Assembly (NCBI GenBank): GCA_965602185.1
Contig: CBFCYP010000002.1
Span: forward strand, 1-54,233
Direction: 5' to 3'
DNA length: 54,233 bases
Origin: an uncultured bacterium
Lineage (GTDB): Bacteria; Zixibacteria; MSB-5A5; UBA10806
The notes below the pieces were generated by a model. That model worked only from the letters and a program-made list of their open reading frames with translations. It was not told where the DNA came from and did no database searches. Numbering within the stretch: position 1 is the stretch's first letter; each line of letters opens with the position of its first letter. The translations under genes were made by a program, and so were the position numbers. Shown piece after piece: positions 36,403 to 45,372 of this stretch.

Positions 36403-37448
36403 GCAGGCAGATCCCGGCGTATTTTATTGTAATCATTCTCTCCGGCTACCTGACCTATCTGTTTGTTCCGCTGTTGAAATCCTATTGCCTTAAAAAAGGA
36501 TTGTTGGATAACCCGGGCCCCAGAAAAATTCATACCGTTGCTGTTCCCAGGCTGGGAGGGGCGACGTTTATAGCCGCCTTTGCGGTTTCACTGGCGCTTG
36601 GTTTTATAGCCGCGCCCGATCTCTGGCTGGAAAACTGGAAAGGCATATTGGGCTTGGTGGGGGGCGGTATCGTGATTTTCTTTTTGGGCGTTACCGACGA
36701 TATCAGGGGAGTCTCGCCCCTGCCCAAGTTCCTGTGGCAGATAGCCGCCGCGTTAATACCGGTTCTCGCGGGAATAAGACCCGAGGTGATAAATATCCCC
36801 TATTACAAGCTAGTATCTCTCGGATTCTGGAGTATACCCCTGAGCGTATTCTGGGTTGTTATCATTACCAACACCTTCAATCTTCTTGACGGCCTCGATG
36901 GGCTCGCGGCAGGCGTGGGCGCGATAGCTTCCATTACATTCGTTATCCTCAGCGTCGTACTGGATATACCCCTGGCCTCTCTTCTGGCGGCGGGGGTTTT
37001 CGGGATCTGTGTCGGTTTTCTAAAATATAATTATCATCCGGCGCAGATTTTTATGGGCGATACGGGATCATTATTTATCGGCTATGTTCTCGGCGTTCTA
37101 TCTCTGTACTGGCCCAAGAGCTACGCCTCCATCGTTATGTTCGTACCTTTACTCGCGCTTGGACTTCCGGTTATCGAGATTGTCTCAACGACGGTACGTC
37201 GGCTTATGACGGGCAAGAGAATCTACGTTGCCGATAAAAGGCATTTATTCCACTTTCTATTGGATCAGGGTTTCGGCCACAAATGGGTGGTGCTGTTTTT
37301 TTATTTTATAAGCTTTCAATTCTCCGTTATGGCGGTCGGATTCGTTGTCGGGAAGGCCAATATAATACTTGTCCTGGAGACCATTTTTATTATATTTATC
37401 GCCATATTTTTATCCCGGAAAATAAGATCCGGAGGCCGTAATGGATGA
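36399..37448 (+). CDS. MraY/WecA-family polyprenyl-phosphate N-acetylhexosamine-1-phosphate transferase
   Basis: About 10 TM helices. Motifs NTFNLLDGLDGLAAG and FMGDTGSLFIGY. ATGA overlap with the upstream GT2 gene. Confidence 0.85.
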   Translation: MSRQIPAYFIVIILSGYLTYLFVPLLKSYCLKKGLLDNPGPRKIHTVAVPRLGGATFIAAFAVSLALGFIAAPDLWLENWKGILGLVGGGIVIFFLGVTDDIRGVSPLPKFLWQIAAALIPVLAGIRPEVINIPYYKLVSLGFWSIPLSVFWVVIITNTFNLLDGLDGLAAGVGAIASITFVILSVVLDIPLASLLAAGVFGICVGFLKYNYHPAQIFMGDTGSLFIGYVLGVLSLYWPKSYASIVMFVPLLALGLPVIEIVSTTVRRLMTGKRIYVADKRHLFHFLLDQGFGHKWVVLFFYFISFQFSVMAVGFVVGKANIILVLETIFIIFIAIFLSRKIRSGGRNG

Positions 37449-38424
37449 TAAGTATTACCTCGAATTTGAGAAACCGATAGTTGAACTGGATAATAAGATT
37501 AAAGAGATCAGGGATCTTGCGGGCAGCAGCGGAGCGGATCTCGAAGACGAGATCAGAAACCTGGAGAAGAAAAGGAACAAGCTCCAGGACGACGTTTATT
37601 CCAGGCTGAATAGATGGCAGCGCGTCCAACTCGCCAGACACCCGCTGAGACCTTATTCCCTGGACCTGGTCTCGCTTATTTTTGATGATTTTATCGAGCT
37701 GCACGGCGATAGGTATTTTTCCGAAGATAGAGCCTTGGTGAGCGGCTTCGCCATGTTGAATAACCAGGCCGTGATGTTCGTGGGGCAGCAGAAAGGGAGA
37801 AACGTCAAACAGAGGCAATATCGGAATTTCGGCATGAGCCATCCCGAAGGATATCGTAAGGCTCTGAGGCTGTTCCGCCTGGCGGAGAAATTCGGCAGAC
37901 CGATAATTATTTTTATCGATACCCCGGGCGCCTATTGCGGTATTGGAGCCGAGGAGAGAGGACAGGCGGAAGCCATCGCCAGAAATATCCGGGAGATGTT
38001 CGCCATTGAGGTCCCGATCGTAATCGTAATTATCGGGGAGGGGGCTTCCGGCGGAGCCCTGGGCATCGGTATCGGGGATATTGTATTGATGCTTGAAAAC
38101 TCTTGGTATTCGGTTATCTCTCCCGAAGGCTGTGCCGCCATATTATGGAAATCGGTTGATGATCCCAAACAGCTCGAGGCCAACCGTATTCAGGCCGCCG
38201 AATCGTTGAAACCGACATCCTCGGATCTCCTCGACCTGGATATAATAGACGGCGTAATTCCCGAACCCCTGGGAGGCGCCCATCGGGATTATTCGGCTAC
38301 CGCGAAAAATATTAAAAATAAACTGGTGGAAGTCCTGCCGGACCTTATGAGCAAAAATTCCCAGGAACTTCTGGCCGAAAGATTGAGAAAATACAGGTCC
38401 ATGGGAGAATTTTCGGAAATCTGA
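37441..38424 (+). CDS. accA: Acetyl-CoA carboxylase carboxyltransferase subunit alpha
   Basis: IDTPGAYCGIGAEERGQAEAIARN and GEGASGGALGIG motifs. Confidence 0.95.
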   Translation: MDDKYYLEFEKPIVELDNKIKEIRDLAGSSGADLEDEIRNLEKKRNKLQDDVYSRLNRWQRVQLARHPLRPYSLDLVSLIFDDFIELHGDRYFSEDRALVSGFAMLNNQAVMFVGQQKGRNVKQRQYRNFGMSHPEGYRKALRLFRLAEKFGRPIIIFIDTPGAYCGIGAEERGQAEAIARNIREMFAIEVPIVIVIIGEGASGGALGIGIGDIVLMLENSWYSVISPEGCAAILWKSVDDPKQLEANRIQAAESLKPTSSDLLDLDIIDGVIPEPLGGAHRDYSATAKNIKNKLVEVLPDLMSKNSQELLAERLRKYRSMGEFSEI

Positions 38425-38436
38425 TGGAGATAGCAC

Positions 38437-38601
38437 ATGCTGAATAAAAAACTTCTGGATATACTCGCCTGTCCCAAATGTAAAGGGGACCTGGAGTATA
38501 AAAAAGAGGAAAATGAGCTTATTTGCAATAAATGCAGGCTTCGCTACAGAATTGAGGAAGATATTCCTATAATGCTGATAGAAGAAGCCGAAAAGTTCTG
38601 A
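38437..38601 (+). CDS. Trm112/UPF0434-family small zinc-ribbon protein (54 aa, absent from the ORF track)
   Basis: [54 protein letters not shown] is the canonical Trm112p-like pattern. GGAG SD. Confidence 0.75.
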   Translation: MLNKKLLDILACPKCKGDLEYKKEENELICNKCRLRYRIEEDIPIMLIEEAEKF

Positions 38602-38611
38602 TGGAGGATTG

Positions 38612-39067
38612 ATGATAAAGCTTTCGAAGTTTTGTGAAGATGACGTAATCTCTTTAAATCTCAAGGGTGAAACCAAGGAAGATATAATCGCAGAACTTGT
38701 AGAAATCGCCTCGAGATCCAAGATGGTGAAAAACAAAGAGGACCTGTTGAAGGCGGTTCTGGAACGCGAGAAACTGGTAACCACCGGCGTGGGTTACGGT
38801 ATCGCGTTTCCTCATGCTAAGACACGTGCGGTCAAGGGTATTGTTATAGCGTTCGGCCGAAAAAACGAAGGTGTTGATTTCGATGCCATGGATAGAAAAT
38901 CCGTGTATCTCTTTTTCCTGATCGCGGCGCCTGAGGACGCCATAGGAGCTCATTTGAACGTTATGGCAAAGCTTTCTTATTTGATGAAAAGCGAGAAAAA
39001 CCGCCAAAAATTATTGAAGGCCAAATATAAGGAGGACCTCATAGAGGTTCTGGATTCTAACGAGTAA
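38612..39067 (+). CDS. PTS EIIA type-2 domain protein (PtsN / EIIA-Ntr-like)
   Basis: REKLVTTGVGYGIAFPHAKT contains the phospho-His context. GGAGG SD 4 nt before ATG 38612. Confidence 0.8.
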   Translation: MIKLSKFCEDDVISLNLKGETKEDIIAELVEIASRSKMVKNKEDLLKAVLEREKLVTTGVGYGIAFPHAKTRAVKGIVIAFGRKNEGVDFDAMDRKSVYLFFLIAAPEDAIGAHLNVMAKLSYLMKSEKNRQKLLKAKYKEDLIEVLDSNE

Positions 39068-39865
39068 ATGTGGATTTCTTTAAGGGGGATATATAGGAAT
39101 CCCGGTTTCCGGCAGGTTTCTATCGCGGCGATTGTATCGATACTCTTAATCGCCTTGCCTCATCCCGTTAAAACATCGTTATCGAGAATAGCCTCCCATT
39201 CCATTCTTTATCCTTTCGTTGAAATCAACAGGTTCCTGTTAAAGGTAGATTCCACCTTCGAGATAAACAGACATCTTAATCGCAGGCTTGATTTTCTGGC
39301 GACCACGCTCTCCACGGTGATGGAAAACAGGTATGAAAACGAAAGACTGAGAAAGATGCTGGGATTCGATCTGATGCTTCCGTATGAACTGAAACCCGCC
39401 GAGGTAATCGCTTACTCTCCCACCGCCCGATTCAAGTCAATCCTTATCAACGCCGGCATGGAAAAAGGGATATTCAAGGATATGCCCGCCATATCTCCTT
39501 CCGGTGTTGTGGGTAAGACCGTCTCGGCGGACAGGTATTCGGCCGTGGTGCAATTGCTTTTCGATCCCGCGTGCAAAGTCGCGGCGAGGCTGCAATCAAG
39601 CAGAACTCAGGGCATTGTAGCCTATCTGGGCGGCCGCTACCTTTCGTTGACCAATGTTCCCGCCGATCAAAGCGTGGCCGTCGGTGACAGCGTAATATCA
39701 TCCGGCCTGGGGGGAATATTCCCGGAAGGCTTATTTATCGGTCGGGTGATCGATGCCAGAGTAAAAGAGGGAGAGATGTTCTACGAGATCGATATCGAGC
39801 CGGGGACCAATTTTTCTTTGCTTGAAGAGATTTTTATAGTCACCTCTATACCGGGGGAAAATTGA
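39068..39865 (+). CDS. mreC: Rod shape-determining protein MreC
   Basis: N-terminal TM helix, coiled coil (ENERLRKML) and beta-barrel domains (VVGKTVSADRYSAVVQLLFD ... SSGLGGIFPEGLFIGRV). Confidence 0.9.
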   Translation: MWISLRGIYRNPGFRQVSIAAIVSILLIALPHPVKTSLSRIASHSILYPFVEINRFLLKVDSTFEINRHLNRRLDFLATTLSTVMENRYENERLRKMLGFDLMLPYELKPAEVIAYSPTARFKSILINAGMEKGIFKDMPAISPSGVVGKTVSADRYSAVVQLLFDPACKVAARLQSSRTQGIVAYLGGRYLSLTNVPADQSVAVGDSVISSGLGGIFPEGLFIGRVIDARVKEGEMFYEIDIEPGTNFSLLEEIFIVTSIPGEN

Positions 39866-40350
39866 TACCTTATTTTTATTATTTTCTGGCCTGGTTTTTT
39901 ATAATCTTTTGCCAGATCGTGCTCTCGCCCCGTATTGCCTTAGGAGATATTTACCCGGATGTGGTTTTGGCCGCGGCAGTATTGATAGGATTGAAACAGG
40001 GGTGGAAGCGGGGCCTCTGGTTCGGTTTTGCATTTGGTTTGGCCGTGGACCTCTTGAATCCGCAAAACTATGGCTGGACGACCGCATTGGTCTCGTTTTC
40101 GGGATTTTACGCCGGATACGTGCGAGAAAAAATCTTTCTCGATCATATTCTTTACCAGTCATTGGCTGTCTTCGCTTTTACCCTGGCATATCAATTGTTA
40201 TTCCAGCTTATAAACTGGCCCTATTACTTTATTAACAATTTCGTTCAATTATTGTTGAATTCGATATTTATATCTTTGTATACCGCCGGGATCGGTCTGT
40301 TGGCGCTGTTTATTCTGGGTCAGCGGTCCAGGCTCAGGGAGCTATTATGA
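39862..40350 (+). CDS. mreD: Rod shape-determining protein MreD
   Basis: 162-aa polytopic membrane protein located between mreC and mrdA, with 4-nt overlaps on both sides. Confidence 0.75.
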   Translation: MIPYFYYFLAWFFIIFCQIVLSPRIALGDIYPDVVLAAAVLIGLKQGWKRGLWFGFAFGLAVDLLNPQNYGWTTALVSFSGFYAGYVREKIFLDHILYQSLAVFAFTLAYQLLFQLINWPYYFINNFVQLLLNSIFISLYTAGIGLLALFILGQRSRLRELL

Positions 40351-42158
40351 TTGCCGATAGCCCGGAAAGACGTAAAACTAACCACAGAATATTGACCTTT
40401 GCCATATTGGCGTTTATGCTGTTTATAGTAGTGAAATTATTCGGCATGCAGCTTTTTTCGGGCGGCGTGTATCGAAAAGCGTCGGAAAAAAACAGCGTCA
40501 GGGTTGTTCCTATTTCCGCTCCCAGGGGTTTGATTAAAGACAGAAACGGGACAATACTTGTAAAAAATCGGCCGTCATATTCAATGTATATGATTCCCTA
40601 TGAGGTCAGGAACCTGGATTCAACGTCATATAAAATAGCGGAAGTTTTGAAAGAAAACCCTGACGAGATTAAGAACCGAATAAACCAGGGCTGGAAGGGA
40701 AGATTTCAGCCGATACGTTTGAAACGGGACGTCGATTTCGGAACCGTGTGTTATGTCGAGGAACACGCCCTCGATTTCCCCGGGATCATGTTCCAGGTTG
40801 AGCCTACGAGGCTGTATCCGGAGTTTAATATCGGTTCGCACATCTGGGGCTATGTGGGGGAGGCCACCGCGGAGGATCTTGAAGAGGACGTCGATGAACG
40901 TTACGCTCTCGGAGATATAGTCGGCAAAGAGGGTTTGGAAAAGCAGTATGAAGAATATTTGAATGGCGTCAACGGATTGAAATATATCGAGATCACCGCC
41001 GCGGGAAGAATGCTGGGAGAACTCACCGATAAGGAAAGGATCAAACCTGTCCGGGGCTCGGAGCTTATTCTGGAGCTTGATTGGGAGCTGCAGAATATCG
41101 CCGAAAAGGAGTTGCTCAAAAGGGGATCGGGCGCCGTTGTTGCCATTGATCCTCGTGACGGGGCGGTTCGAGTTATGGCTTCGGTTCCCAATTTCGACGC
41201 TAATTTGTTCTCAGGGGTCGTATCCAGGGAGGCGTGGGACGCGGTTATGTACGATTCTCTTCATCCGCTTTTCAACAGAAGTATAAAAGGGACTTATCCG
41301 CCCGGTTCCACGATGAAATTATTCACGGCGGCTGCCGGTCTGGAAAACAAGCTGACAGACGAAGAAACGACCTTCGATCCCTGCCTCGGTGCCAAAAGGT
41401 TTGGAAATCGCTCTTTCAGGTGCTGGCGCCCGGGAGGACACGGCAAACTCGATCTGGTTGGAGCCATAATTCAATCGTGTGACGTTTACTTTTATCAGCT
41501 CGGCGTCAAGGAGGGCCTTGATCTCTGGAGCAAATTCTGCAAAGATTCGCGGTTTGGAATGCATACCGGAATAGATCTTCCCGGAGAATTCGCCGGTCTG
41601 GTTCCATCCGCGAAATATTTCGATAAGAGATACGGCAAGAACGGCTGGACAAGATATCTTGTGGTTAATCTTGCCATCGGACAGGGCGAATTACTGGTCA
41701 CGCCTCTTCAAATGGCGGTTTTATACGCCGCGCTCGGCAACGGCGGCGCAGTTTACAGGCCCCGCCTGACATCCAGCATTATTGCCAATAACGGCAACAT
41801 TATTGAAAACAAGCCCGAGATCGTGGGCAGTCTTCCGGTATCGGAGGAGAACCTGGAGATTCTTTTAAAAGGTCTCCTGGGCGTAACCACCCATGAAAGA
41901 GGCACGGCACGTGTGGCGGCCCTCAGAGATATCAACGTCGGGGGAAAAACCGGGACATCCCAGAATCCGCACGGCGAAGATCATGCCTGGTTTATCTGTT
42001 TCGCGCCAATAGAAAATCCGGAAATAGCCATAGCGATTATTGTCGAAAATGCGGGACACGGAGGATCTGTTGCCGCGCCTCTCGCCAAACAGATCCTGCT
42101 GAAATATTTCGAGAATTACCGGGCCGATAGAAACACTGAAGAAAAGACAGATATTTGA
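40347..42158 (+). CDS. mrdA: Penicillin-binding protein 2 (elongasome transpeptidase)
   Basis: N-terminal TM helix. Motifs PPGSTMK (SxxK), SCD (SxN-like) and KTGTS (KTG). Confidence 0.93.
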   Translation: MIADSPERRKTNHRILTFAILAFMLFIVVKLFGMQLFSGGVYRKASEKNSVRVVPISAPRGLIKDRNGTILVKNRPSYSMYMIPYEVRNLDSTSYKIAEVLKENPDEIKNRINQGWKGRFQPIRLKRDVDFGTVCYVEEHALDFPGIMFQVEPTRLYPEFNIGSHIWGYVGEATAEDLEEDVDERYALGDIVGKEGLEKQYEEYLNGVNGLKYIEITAAGRMLGELTDKERIKPVRGSELILELDWELQNIAEKELLKRGSGAVVAIDPRDGAVRVMASVPNFDANLFSGVVSREAWDAVMYDSLHPLFNRSIKGTYPPGSTMKLFTAAAGLENKLTDEETTFDPCLGAKRFGNRSFRCWRPGGHGKLDLVGAIIQSCDVYFYQLGVKEGLDLWSKFCKDSRFGMHTGIDLPGEFAGLVPSAKYFDKRYGKNGWTRYLVVNLAIGQGELLVTPLQMAVLYAALGNGGAVYRPRLTSSIIANNGNIIENKPEIVGSLPVSEENLEILLKGLLGVTTHERGTARVAALRDINVGGKTGTSQNPHGEDHAWFICFAPIENPEIAIAIIVENAGHGGSVAAPLAKQILLKYFENYRADRNTEEKTDI

Positions 42159-43366
42159 TTATGGGAAAAACGTTCGATTGGAGCCTGTTCGTTACGGCTT
42201 TGCTTCTCAGTATTATAGGAATTCTACTGATATACGCGGCCACCTATTATTCTTCCTCGCCGGGAACGCAGTCTCTTTTTATTAAACAGCTAATCTGGCT
42301 GGGAATCGGCCTGGCGGTCTGTATGGGGGTGTATTTCACGCCCTTAAAATTCCATGAAGCCTTTTCCTTCGTTTACTATTTCGCGATCATTATTGTCCTG
42401 CTGGTTTTATTGGCAGTATCGGGCGAGGGGACGTCGAGATGGTTCCGCCTGGGGGGATTCAATATTCAACCGGCGGAGCTTGCGAAATTCGCCGTCGTTC
42501 TTGCGCTATCGAGGTATATGGCGTTTCGGAAAATGAAACCGGGCGATCTGTTATGGGTTTTTGTCATACTCCTTGTAGTTTCCCTGCCGGCGGCTCTAAT
42601 CTTAATCCAACCCGATCTGGGCAGCTCCCTGGTATTTTTCGCGATTTTTATCGCCATGCTGTTCTGGTCGGGAATTCCGCTGGGAAAAATAATCCTGATT
42701 GTATCTCCTATTATCAGCCTTATATGCGCGTTCCACTGGTTCTCGTGGGCGGTATTTTTCTTTCTTCTTCTGGTTCTTGTTTTTGTCTCCCGGTTGAGAA
42801 TTCCGCAGGGTTCCTTTTTTATTACGGTTAATCTCGCGGTCGGCATGATCACTCCGATAATGTGGAACAAGCTTCATGATTACCAGAAGATGAGGATCAT
42901 AACGTTTCTCGATCCCGGGCGGGATCCCAGAGGAGCGGGCTATCAGATTATCCAGTCGAAAATAGCGGTGGGAGCCGGGGGCCTGTTCGGACAGGGATTC
43001 TTGCAGGGCACTCAGACCAAACTCAACTTCCTGCCGGAACAGCATACCGATTTCATCTTTTCTGTCCTGGCGGAGCAGTTCGGTTTTGTGGGGTGTCTGC
43101 TTGTGCTGCTTCTATTCGCGTGGATTTTCTATAGAGGTTTCGCCATCGCCCTGAAGGCCAGAAATCAGTTTTACGGTTATGCCGCCTGTGGCCTGACCGC
43201 GGTTTTGGTTTTCCAGGTTGTAATTAATACCGGTATGACGGTGGGGCTTATGCCGGTAACCGGATTGCCCCTTCCGTTCATGAGCTATGGCGGTTCCTCC
43301 ATGGTGTTTTTCTGGGCGGCCATCGGCTTTTTGTTGGCTGTTAACCGTGATTGGCAGGAGTATTGA
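42155..43366 (+). CDS. rodA: SEDS-family peptidoglycan glycosyltransferase RodA
   Basis: FtsW/RodA/SpoVE pattern: FNIQPAELAKF ... EQHTDFIFS ... TGLPLPFMSYGGSS. Confidence 0.93.
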   Translation: MIMGKTFDWSLFVTALLLSIIGILLIYAATYYSSSPGTQSLFIKQLIWLGIGLAVCMGVYFTPLKFHEAFSFVYYFAIIIVLLVLLAVSGEGTSRWFRLGGFNIQPAELAKFAVVLALSRYMAFRKMKPGDLLWVFVILLVVSLPAALILIQPDLGSSLVFFAIFIAMLFWSGIPLGKIILIVSPIISLICAFHWFSWAVFFFLLLVLVFVSRLRIPQGSFFITVNLAVGMITPIMWNKLHDYQKMRIITFLDPGRDPRGAGYQIIQSKIAVGAGGLFGQGFLQGTQTKLNFLPEQHTDFIFSVLAEQFGFVGCLLVLLLFAWIFYRGFAIALKARNQFYGYAACGLTAVLVFQVVINTGMTVGLMPVTGLPLPFMSYGGSSMVFFWAAIGFLLAVNRDWQEY

Positions 43367-44199
43367 TGTTTCCGCAGCCGCTGAAATTCATAGGAATCGA
43401 GTTCGTCCGCTCATATGGAATAATGCTGGCGTTGGGATTTTTTATTAGTATCCTCTGGGCGAGAAAGAGAGCCATCAAGGCGGGGATTCCGTCCGAACAT
43501 GTTATCGATCTTTCTTTCATAGTTTTGATCGCCTCGGTTATAGGATCGCGGTTCTTTTATGTCATATATCACCTCGACGAGTTCTCCGACAACCTCCTGG
43601 ATATAGTAAATCCTTTTCAGGGAGGAACTGTCGGCATTGCCGGTCTTTCCATGATGGGCGGGATAATCCTGGCATTGATCTCCGCCGTAATTTTCCTGGC
43701 GGTGAAAAAAACCGATCCCTGGCCACTCCTCGATGCCCTGATGCCGATGTTCGCCCTGGGACTGGGAATCACTCGTATAGGATGTTTTCTCAACGGTTGT
43801 TGTTATGGATTGCCGGCGCACGATCATTTCGGACTGGTTTTCCCCCCCGAATCCCCGGCCGGTTATCATTACCCGGGAATTCCATTAATTCCGGCACAGC
43901 TCTATTCCTCTATCGCCGGAATCGTAATTCTCGCGATCGTACTGGTGAGCGAAAGATACAAAAGGTTCGACGGTCATTCTTTCTGGCTGACAATCGGGCT
44001 TTATTCAATCTGGCGTTTTATTATAGATTTTTTCCGGTATTACGAGGATTCGATGATTTCCTTCAACATCGGCGATCAGGCTCTTTCAAAAAACCAGCTT
44101 CTCTCGGTGATATTATTCTTTGTTTCTTTTGCGGCTTATTTGATTTTCTTCTTCAGGCATAAAAAGAGGGCCGTTAAGGATGCTAAAGCAGGCACTTAA
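43366..44199 (+). CDS. lgt: Prolipoprotein diacylglyceryl transferase
   Basis: SYGIMLALGFFISILWARKRA ... GITRIGCFLNGCCYG motifs. The ATG overlaps the rodA TGA (TGATG). The ORF track offers TTG 43351. Confidence 0.92.
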   Translation: MFPQPLKFIGIEFVRSYGIMLALGFFISILWARKRAIKAGIPSEHVIDLSFIVLIASVIGSRFFYVIYHLDEFSDNLLDIVNPFQGGTVGIAGLSMMGGIILALISAVIFLAVKKTDPWPLLDALMPMFALGLGITRIGCFLNGCCYGLPAHDHFGLVFPPESPAGYHYPGIPLIPAQLYSSIAGIVILAIVLVSERYKRFDGHSFWLTIGLYSIWRFIIDFFRYYEDSMISFNIGDQALSKNQLLSVILFFVSFAAYLIFFFRHKKRAVKDAKAGT

Positions 44200-44935
44200 C
44201 CGATCGGGTGTGGTTATCCGCGGGATTTTTGGCGATTTCAAGCAGTTGTTATCGCCCCCTTTGTGTATCGGCTGCGACGGAGATCTCGCGGATAATGATC
44301 CCGTTTTCTGCGAGTCCTGCCTGGAATCGTTGAAATCGAAGTGTCCGGGAATTCGCCCCGTTTGTCCTTTTTGCGGCTGGCATGATTTTAACAACAAAAG
44401 CTGCGGATCTTGCGGCCAGCCGTCGAAAATAAGGCTTTACTACTGGGGCAGGTATGAAGATAAGATGGTGGAGTATATTTTAAAATTTAAATTCCAGGGA
44501 GTCCTTGAACTCGGCATCCGTTTAACCGATGAAGCCCTGAACCGACTTGCCGATCCGTTGCGTAAAAACAATTATGATTTCGTAATCCCCGTGCCTTTGC
44601 ATAAATCAAGGCAACGCCGAAGGGAATATAATCAATCGGAGATTATTGCCAGAAGAGTTTCAAAAGCGATAGGGGCCGAATATATATCCGATTCGATTTT
44701 CCGGGTGCGATCCACCAGGCAACAGGCCAAGATCGATAGTGAGACCAAGAGATGGGTCAATGTCAAAAACGCTTTCAGCCTTTCCGATGAAGGGTATATT
44801 GATTTCAAAGCCAGGAGGGTTTTGATTGTCGACGATATCGTCACGACCGGAGCGACCATTTACGAGGTTTCAAAGCCCATTCGAGAACAAAAACCTGAAA
44901 GAGTCGATGTCTTCAGCCTGGCTTACGCCGGATAA
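44180..44935 (+). CDS. comF: ComF-family protein (phosphoribosyltransferase domain with an N-terminal Cys-rich zinc finger)
   Basis: CIGCDG ... FCESC ... CPFCG ... CGSCG zinc-finger region. PRTase motif VLIVDDIVTTGATI. Confidence 0.85.
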   Translation: MLKQALNRSGVVIRGIFGDFKQLLSPPLCIGCDGDLADNDPVFCESCLESLKSKCPGIRPVCPFCGWHDFNNKSCGSCGQPSKIRLYYWGRYEDKMVEYILKFKFQGVLELGIRLTDEALNRLADPLRKNNYDFVIPVPLHKSRQRRREYNQSEIIARRVSKAIGAEYISDSIFRVRSTRQQAKIDSETKRWVNVKNAFSLSDEGYIDFKARRVLIVDDIVTTGATIYEVSKPIREQKPERVDVFSLAYAG

Positions 44936-44946
44936 AGGGCATAGTT

Positions 44947-45369
44947 ATGGGTTTCAAAATTCTTGAGAATATAGTCTCCGGGGATTTCGCTTTCGAAGCC
45001 TCCGGAGAAACCCTGGAGGACCTGTTTACCAGTTGCGCCGAGGCTTGTTTCAGCGCCATGGCGGAATTATCGAAGATTGAACCGAAAATCGACTATTCCA
45101 TAAATATCAGCGCCGATAGCCTCGACGATCTTCTGGTCGATTTTCTTTCCGAACTGATCTATCTTAAGGACGCCGAAAAGATCTTTTTCTCCAGGTTCGA
45201 TATCAGAATAGATAATGATAATATTTCTCTGAACGCCGTTGCGCAGGGGGAGAGGATAGATTATAATAAGCATGATATCAAAGTTGACGTGAAGGCGGCG
45301 ACTTATCACAATCTTGAAATTAAACGGGTCGAAAAAGGATTTAAGGTAAAGGTAATTCTGGATCTCTGA
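44947..45369 (+). CDS. Archease (RtcB activator family)
   Basis: 140 aa. ENIVSGDFAFEASGETLEDLFTSCAEA ... VKAATYHNLEI fits the archease pattern. It lies immediately upstream of rtcB. Confidence 0.85.
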   Translation: MGFKILENIVSGDFAFEASGETLEDLFTSCAEACFSAMAELSKIEPKIDYSINISADSLDDLLVDFLSELIYLKDAEKIFFSRFDIRIDNDNISLNAVAQGERIDYNKHDIKVDVKAATYHNLEIKRVEKGFKVKVILDL

Positions 45370-45372
45370 GCC

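Noticed and set aside
38143-38784. 213-aa minus-strand ORF spanning the accA end, the Trm112-like ORF and the start of the EIIA gene
   Set aside because: It would overlap three well-supported + strand genes, and no motif is recognised.
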